A stretch of DNA of 62,494 nucleotides from an uncultured Anaerolinea sp. (GTDB taxonomy: Bacteria > Chloroflexota > Anaerolineae > Anaerolineales > Villigracilaceae): assembly GCA_964591425.1 (NCBI GenBank), contig CAZQES010000001.1, forward strand, positions 4,353 to 66,846, written 5' to 3'. The translations under genes were made by a program, and so were the position numbers. How positions within the stretch are numbered: the first letter of the stretch is position 1; every line of letters begins with the position of its first letter. Shown here piece after piece: positions 57,939-62,494 of the stretch. A model generated the notes under the pieces. It saw nothing but the letters and a program-made list of their open reading frames with translations. It made no database searches and had not been told where the DNA came from.

Positions 57939-60188
57939 TTAATTTTTCAGATAGTCGCTCGTGATCGAACGCTTCGCGCGGACCAGTTGTTTGGGCGTGC
58001 CTTCGAACATCACCTGCCCGCCCTTACTGCCGCCCTCCGGACCCATGTCGATGATCCAGTCTGCGTTCTTTATCACATGTAAATTGTGCTCGATGACAAT
58101 TACTGTATTGCCGGTGTCCACGAGGCGATCGATCACCTGCATCAGGTGTCCAATATCAGACATGTGCAAGCCTGTGGTTGGCTCGTCCATGATGTAAATG
58201 CTCCCCTTTTTGTGCAGTTCGCTGGCGAGTTTGATGCGCTGACATTCTCCGCCCGAAAGCGTGCTCAACGGCTGACCCAGACTCAAATAATCCAAACCCA
58301 CATCGCTCATGGCTTGCAACTTCTTTGTGACTTCCGGGAGCTCAAAATATTCAAGCGCTTCTTCCACTTTCATTGCCAGGACTTCTGAAATATTTTTCCC
58401 GTTCAATTTATATTGCAGAACTTCATCCTTGAAACGCCTGCCTTCACATACCTCGCAGGGTGTTTTGGCTTCGCTGAGAAATGCGAGATCGGTGTAGATC
58501 ACGCCGAGTCCCTGGCAATTCTCGCAAGCGCCTTTCGAATTGAAACTGAACAACGAAGGGTTCACTTTGTTCGCCGTTGCAAACGCCTTGCGGACATCGT
58601 CCAAAATGCCGGTGTACGTGGCAGGGTTGGAACGGCTGTTGACGCCCACCGCGGCTTGGTCGATCACGATCGCATCGGGATGTTGATGCTGGAATACTTC
58701 GTTGATGAGCGAACTCTTGCCCGAGCCCGCCACACCCGTGACGACAGTTAAGATTCCTGTTGGAATATCCACACTGACATTTTGCAGGTTATTCACTTTC
58801 GCGTTCTTGATCGACAACTTGCCGGTTGGTTTTCGGAACTCATCCTTCAACGGGACTTTTACTTTCATATGCTTGCCGGTTAGTGTATCCGCTTTTTGCA
58901 AATTTGCGAAACTACCTTCATAGACGATCTCACCGCCATGCGTCCCCGCATGTGGACCAATATCCACCACGTGGTCGGCGGCTTTGATCACATCGGGGTC
59001 GTGCTCCACCACAATGACCGTATTTCCCTTATCGCGCAATCTCTGCAACAATTCATTCATGCGGTGCACATCGCGCGGGTGCAAACCGACGCTCGGCTCA
59101 TCGAAAATATAAATGACATCGGTCAAACTACTTCCCAAATGTTTAACGATCTTCACGCGTTGCGATTCGCCGCCAGACAAGGTGTCTGTCTCCCGGCTCA
59201 ATGTGAGATATTCGAGTCCAATGTCTATCAAATGCTGTAAACGTTCAACCAATGATTTGATGATGGGTTGGGCTGCACTGTCTTTGAACGTCTTTACAAC
59301 TTTGATCAACTCGGTGATCTCCATGTCGGTCAGGTCTGCGATGTTGTAGCCATTGATTCTGCTTTTCAACACCGCCTGACTCAACCGCGCGCCTTTGCAC
59401 AGGTGACATGGTCCCATCGTCATGTAAGGCTCTACTTGCTTCTGAGTCCGCTCAGACATGGTCTTCAGATCGCGTTTGATGTATTTGTTCGTGAAGCGTT
59501 CGACGATCCCCTCAAAGGTCATGTTGAAATCTTTTGCCCCGACCTTGGTCTTGATCTTCGTTGGCGGGCTGTGCAACAGGTCGTCCATTTCCTTTTTGGT
59601 GTATTTGGACAACTTCTTATCGGGGTCGAACAAGCCGGTACTGATGAGCTGGCTCCAATACCAACTATTCACGGCATATTCGGGGAACAGGATCGCCCCT
59701 TCGTTCAAGGATTTGGATGTGTCGAGGAACTTACTCAGATCCACATCAAGTTTGCGGCCCAAGCCGTTACACTCCGGGCACATCCCTTTCGGGTCGTTGA
59801 ATCCAAACAGATTGGCAGATCCAACATGCGGCTTACCAAGGCGGGAAAATAACAAGCGCAGAAGCGTGTTGATGTCGGTGATCGTGCCGACGGTCGAGTG
59901 CGACCCGCCGCCCATCCGTTTCTGATCCACCACGATGGACATGCTCAAGTTCTCGATCGCGTCCGCGTCAGGCTGGGCATACTTCGGCAGAAAATTCCGC
60001 ACGAACATGCTGAAGTTTTCGTTCAGCAGGCGCTGTGATTCGGTCGCGATCGTATCAAACACAATGGACGATTTGCCCGAACCCGATACGCCTGTAAAGA
60101 TCGTGATCTTGCGTTTGGGGATGCGCAGTGAAATATTTTTTAAATTATTTTCACGCGCGCCGCGAATCTCGATATATTCCTGTGGCAT
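57939..60188 (-). CDS. Class II UvrA homolog (UvrA2/DrrC-like), lacking the UvrB-binding domain
   Basis: Two ABC modules (GVSGSGKSS, LSGGE, GVAGSGKSS), zinc fingers; only 749 aa. Confidence 0.93.
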   Translation of the reverse strand: MPQEYIEIRGARENNLKNISLRIPKRKITIFTGVSGSGKSSIVFDTIATESQRLLNENFSMFVRNFLPKYAQPDADAIENLSMSIVVDQKRMGGGSHSTVGTITDINTLLRLLFSRLGKPHVGSANLFGFNDPKGMCPECNGLGRKLDVDLSKFLDTSKSLNEGAILFPEYAVNSWYWSQLISTGLFDPDKKLSKYTKKEMDDLLHSPPTKIKTKVGAKDFNMTFEGIVERFTNKYIKRDLKTMSERTQKQVEPYMTMGPCHLCKGARLSQAVLKSRINGYNIADLTDMEITELIKVVKTFKDSAAQPIIKSLVERLQHLIDIGLEYLTLSRETDTLSGGESQRVKIVKHLGSSLTDVIYIFDEPSVGLHPRDVHRMNELLQRLRDKGNTVIVVEHDPDVIKAADHVVDIGPHAGTHGGEIVYEGSFANLQKADTLTGKHMKVKVPLKDEFRKPTGKLSIKNAKVNNLQNVSVDIPTGILTVVTGVAGSGKSSLINEVFQHQHPDAIVIDQAAVGVNSRSNPATYTGILDDVRKAFATANKVNPSLFSFNSKGACENCQGLGVIYTDLAFLSEAKTPCEVCEGRRFKDEVLQYKLNGKNISEVLAMKVEEALEYFELPEVTKKLQAMSDVGLDYLSLGQPLSTLSGGECQRIKLASELHKKGSIYIMDEPTTGLHMSDIGHLMQVIDRLVDTGNTVIVIEHNLHVIKNADWIIDMGPEGGSKGGQVMFEGTPKQLVRAKRSITSDYLKN

Positions 60189-60214
60189 GTTTTCTCCAGA
60201 TTTATTTACTCATG

Positions 60215-60355
60215 TTACGCACCTTCAATCCCGAAGGCGTCGCGTGGCGCCGTGGCGACAGATGACATGATTTCACGCAAAGCTATGACACCCCTTCGGG
60301 GTTGACTCGCCCATTCGTTGTAAATCTATAATCATTTCACTCCTTCGGAGTTGTG
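60215..60355. repeat. Dispersed element G, copy 2 (with 23-nt insert)
   Basis: Collinear with 22835-22953. Confidence 0.9.
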
Positions 60356-60370
60356 ACTGCGTAAGGTGAG

Positions 60371-60970
60371 TTATTTATTTAATTTTATCAACTGCTTGAG
60401 GATATTTTCGAGTTCAGGTTTTTTCGCCTCGATATCTTTCCTGTCGGCGAGAAACATCATGCGGCGATGTTCGTAATTCCCTTCGAGCAATTTGCTTTTG
60501 ACTTTCGCGATCTTCGGGTTATGAAAAACAAGGTGGGTGCGTTTTGTTTCCCACAAATTGAACGTCACCAAATATTCACCCTTGTAATTGAAGGACGGCA
60601 CCTTCCATTTGATTTCTTCATTGATATCTTTATCCACGCCCTTGATGATCGCCCGCACCGCTTCTACCTCGACTTTGAGCGGGTGATGCAAATCCCGGAG
60701 GAACGCGTCCACTGCATCTGAGCGGCTGACCGGCGATCCCTTCTTCTTCAACGTTTCGCCAGATTTGGCTGGCTTGAAAGACCAACCCCGTTCTTTCAAT
60801 GCATCACGCAGGATGCGTATCGCCTTGGGACCGACTCCGTGCAGTTGAGCCAATTCCGCTTCAGAGAGTTTAGTCAACTGTTTGAGGGTTGTGTAGCCTT
60901 CAAATTCCAGGGCGCGGGTGGCGGGAGCACCAATGTTTGGGAAATCTGATTCTTGTTTTTTTGTGGGCAT
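60371..60970 (-). CDS. HhH-like N-terminal domain fused to DUF1801
   Basis: IGAPATRAL..LHGVGPKA followed by EEIKWKVPSF. Confidence 0.85.
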   Translation of the reverse strand: MPTKKQESDFPNIGAPATRALEFEGYTTLKQLTKLSEAELAQLHGVGPKAIRILRDALKERGWSFKPAKSGETLKKKGSPVSRSDAVDAFLRDLHHPLKVEVEAVRAIIKGVDKDINEEIKWKVPSFNYKGEYLVTFNLWETKRTHLVFHNPKIAKVKSKLLEGNYEHRRMMFLADRKDIEAKKPELENILKQLIKLNK

Positions 60971-60988
60971 AAATATTTTTTCTTTTTC

Positions 60989-61041
60989 GGTGTGCAGACT
61001 TTAGTCTGCTTTTGTAAATAGCGGACTAAAGTCCGCACTCC
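60989..61041. repeat. Inverted REP-like doublet
   Basis: GTGCAGACTTTAGTCTGC / GCGGACTAAAGTCCGCAC. Confidence 0.8.
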
Positions 61042-61051
61042 ATATTAGGAT

Positions 61052-62377
61052 TTACGCTAATTCGACTTCGGGCAATGAAGACACGCTTTCACCGTCCATG
61101 TAGCGATCGGAGAGCAGTTTGTAATACTTCGTGTTCATGGCAATGATCGTCAAAATTAAACCGATGATACCAGTGACGGTGAACACCAACGCGATACCCC
61201 TGTCTGCGCCGGTGCCGAACCAGCCGCCGATCAAGTTCACACCTGCGCCGGTCGTCATGAAAGGGATGAAAAACGCCTCCGCAATTGGACCGATCAGAAA
61301 CGTCGTCAGAGGCGCAGCGGATTGCTCCACGCTGTGGGCGAATCCGAACACGCGTCCCTGCCTTTCCTGTGGAACCACTTTCTGAAGGATCGTCTGCTCG
61401 GAGGCTTCGATGAACGGCACAACGCTGATGTAAATGAACATGCCCACCGAAAGCAAAATGATGGACGGTTGCACGGTGAAGACGGCAGAGATGATCCAAA
61501 TGACGATGTTGGCGGCGAACATGGCGACTAAGGGATTTTTACCCAAGCCATACTTTGCAATGACCAGCCCACCGACGATGAAACCACAACTAATGACTGC
61601 AAAGAGAAAGCCCCAGGTTTCAACCGAAACCAGCGATAGACCATACGCATCCATGAGACCCATGAACACGCCGCCTAAAAAGTTGTTGATGGTGGCGAAA
61701 AGGATCAACGCCAACAAGCCGGGGATGGCGACGACCACTGCGTACGTGCCGCGCAGATCCACTCTGGGTTGATGTTCGAGATGCACGATCTCTTTTTCTG
61801 GAATCGGCAAAAACCACATGTGGAGGATGGAAAGGATCATCATCGCGATTCCGAGGATCAAAACATAATACATGCCGCCCGCACCCACCAGCAAACCACT
61901 GATGGCGGAACAGATCAAGAAGGCAATGCCAAAGGCTGTACCTGAAAGCCCGTTGGCCTTGGCGCGGTCTTCTTCGGGAATCAAAATAGTGACCAGGGTT
62001 GGCACTGCGATGGAGCGGATGTTGCCAGCGATCACGCCAAATAAAAGGAGCAGGACAAATATCCATAAGTTCGCGCTGGCGGGGTTTTTCCACGTTTCGG
62101 CGGGAGAGGCAAGGTATATGCCAAAACCGACGAGGTAAATGGACAAGGAAATAACTCCCGAAAGAATCATCACCTTCTTTTTCTTGTTGTGGTCAACGAG
62201 GCTTCCAAACCAAATCCCTAATGCGGCTGTCAGCACCAGATAAATACCCGAAACGATCGAGGTCGCAGTGACGGATCTCGTTTCAAGATAGATAAAAAAG
62301 ATCAACGCGAACCAGACCGTCATGTTGGTGACGTTGGCAACCAGTGTATTTCCTAAGATTTGATAGAATGTTTTCAC
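61052..62377 (-). CDS. MFS transporter (DHA3-like efflux)
   Basis: 12 TM helices; GSLVDHNKKK, QKVVPQERQGRVFG; GTG start. Confidence 0.92.
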   Translation of the reverse strand: MKTFYQILGNTLVANVTNMTVWFALIFFIYLETRSVTATSIVSGIYLVLTAALGIWFGSLVDHNKKKKVMILSGVISLSIYLVGFGIYLASPAETWKNPASANLWIFVLLLLFGVIAGNIRSIAVPTLVTILIPEEDRAKANGLSGTAFGIAFLICSAISGLLVGAGGMYYVLILGIAMMILSILHMWFLPIPEKEIVHLEHQPRVDLRGTYAVVVAIPGLLALILFATINNFLGGVFMGLMDAYGLSLVSVETWGFLFAVISCGFIVGGLVIAKYGLGKNPLVAMFAANIVIWIISAVFTVQPSIILLSVGMFIYISVVPFIEASEQTILQKVVPQERQGRVFGFAHSVEQSAAPLTTFLIGPIAEAFFIPFMTTGAGVNLIGGWFGTGADRGIALVFTVTGIIGLILTIIAMNTKYYKLLSDRYMDGESVSSLPEVELA

Positions 62378-62450
62378 TGTCGTTTCCTACTCCGTTAAAA
62401 AGTGAATGGGCGGGTCAGTCGAACCTTGCCCACCCAATTTTTGGAACGTC

Positions 62451-62479
62451 ATTTTAGAATGAATGTTCTATCTTGTCAA
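62451..62479 (-). promoter_or_regulatory. sigma70 promoter with overlapping LexA-like box
   Basis: Minus strand TTGACA-N17-TAAAAT; AGAAC-ATTC-ATTCT at 62456-62469 (one mismatch to AGAAC-N4-GTTCT). Confidence 0.8.
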
Positions 62480-62494
62480 GACGAAAATTGACAA

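Noticed and set aside
57939-60188. Canonical uvrA
   Set aside because: About 200 aa too short; no uvrB/uvrC context

Overview
Bacterial chromosomal segment with no rRNA, CRISPR array, transposase or integrase. Gene style and repeat types suggest Chloroflexota/Anaerolineae (inference only). From left to right it contains: (1) a Tat-exported ttrBCA/srdBCA-like molybdoenzyme island with tatA, a Moco riboswitch ahead of fmdE-tauE-moaA, and an AioX-like binding protein + histidine kinase + NarL regulator, ending beside a CAU-anticodon tRNA; (2) signalling and housekeeping genes (degenerate REC-GGDEF, azlCD, amine oxidase, protease-MoxR-DUF58-VWA-VWA, galK, hybrid kinase + REC-CpaE); (3) a large surface-glycan modification region (B12 radical SAM, methyltransferase, glycosyltransferases, flippases, NTP_transf_5, HprK-like kinase) interrupted by an ECF sigma/anti-sigma pair and an ATPase-less Opp-type operon; (4) a CaiB CoA-transferase, HEPN-MNT, and a small attC cassette array without integrase; (5) an MFS-DUF1801-UvrA2-DUF1801-flap exonuclease-YcaQ operon with a LexA-like box in its promoter. 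The most unusual signals are three displaced, diverged gene 3'-end remnants that each begin at or next to the stop codon of an inserted cargo gene; a riboswitch-gated leader ORF running through a terminator; and 22-24-nt hairpins inserted into other palindromic repeats, some of which are translated inside proteins. All calls are by eye from motifs; no searches were run.
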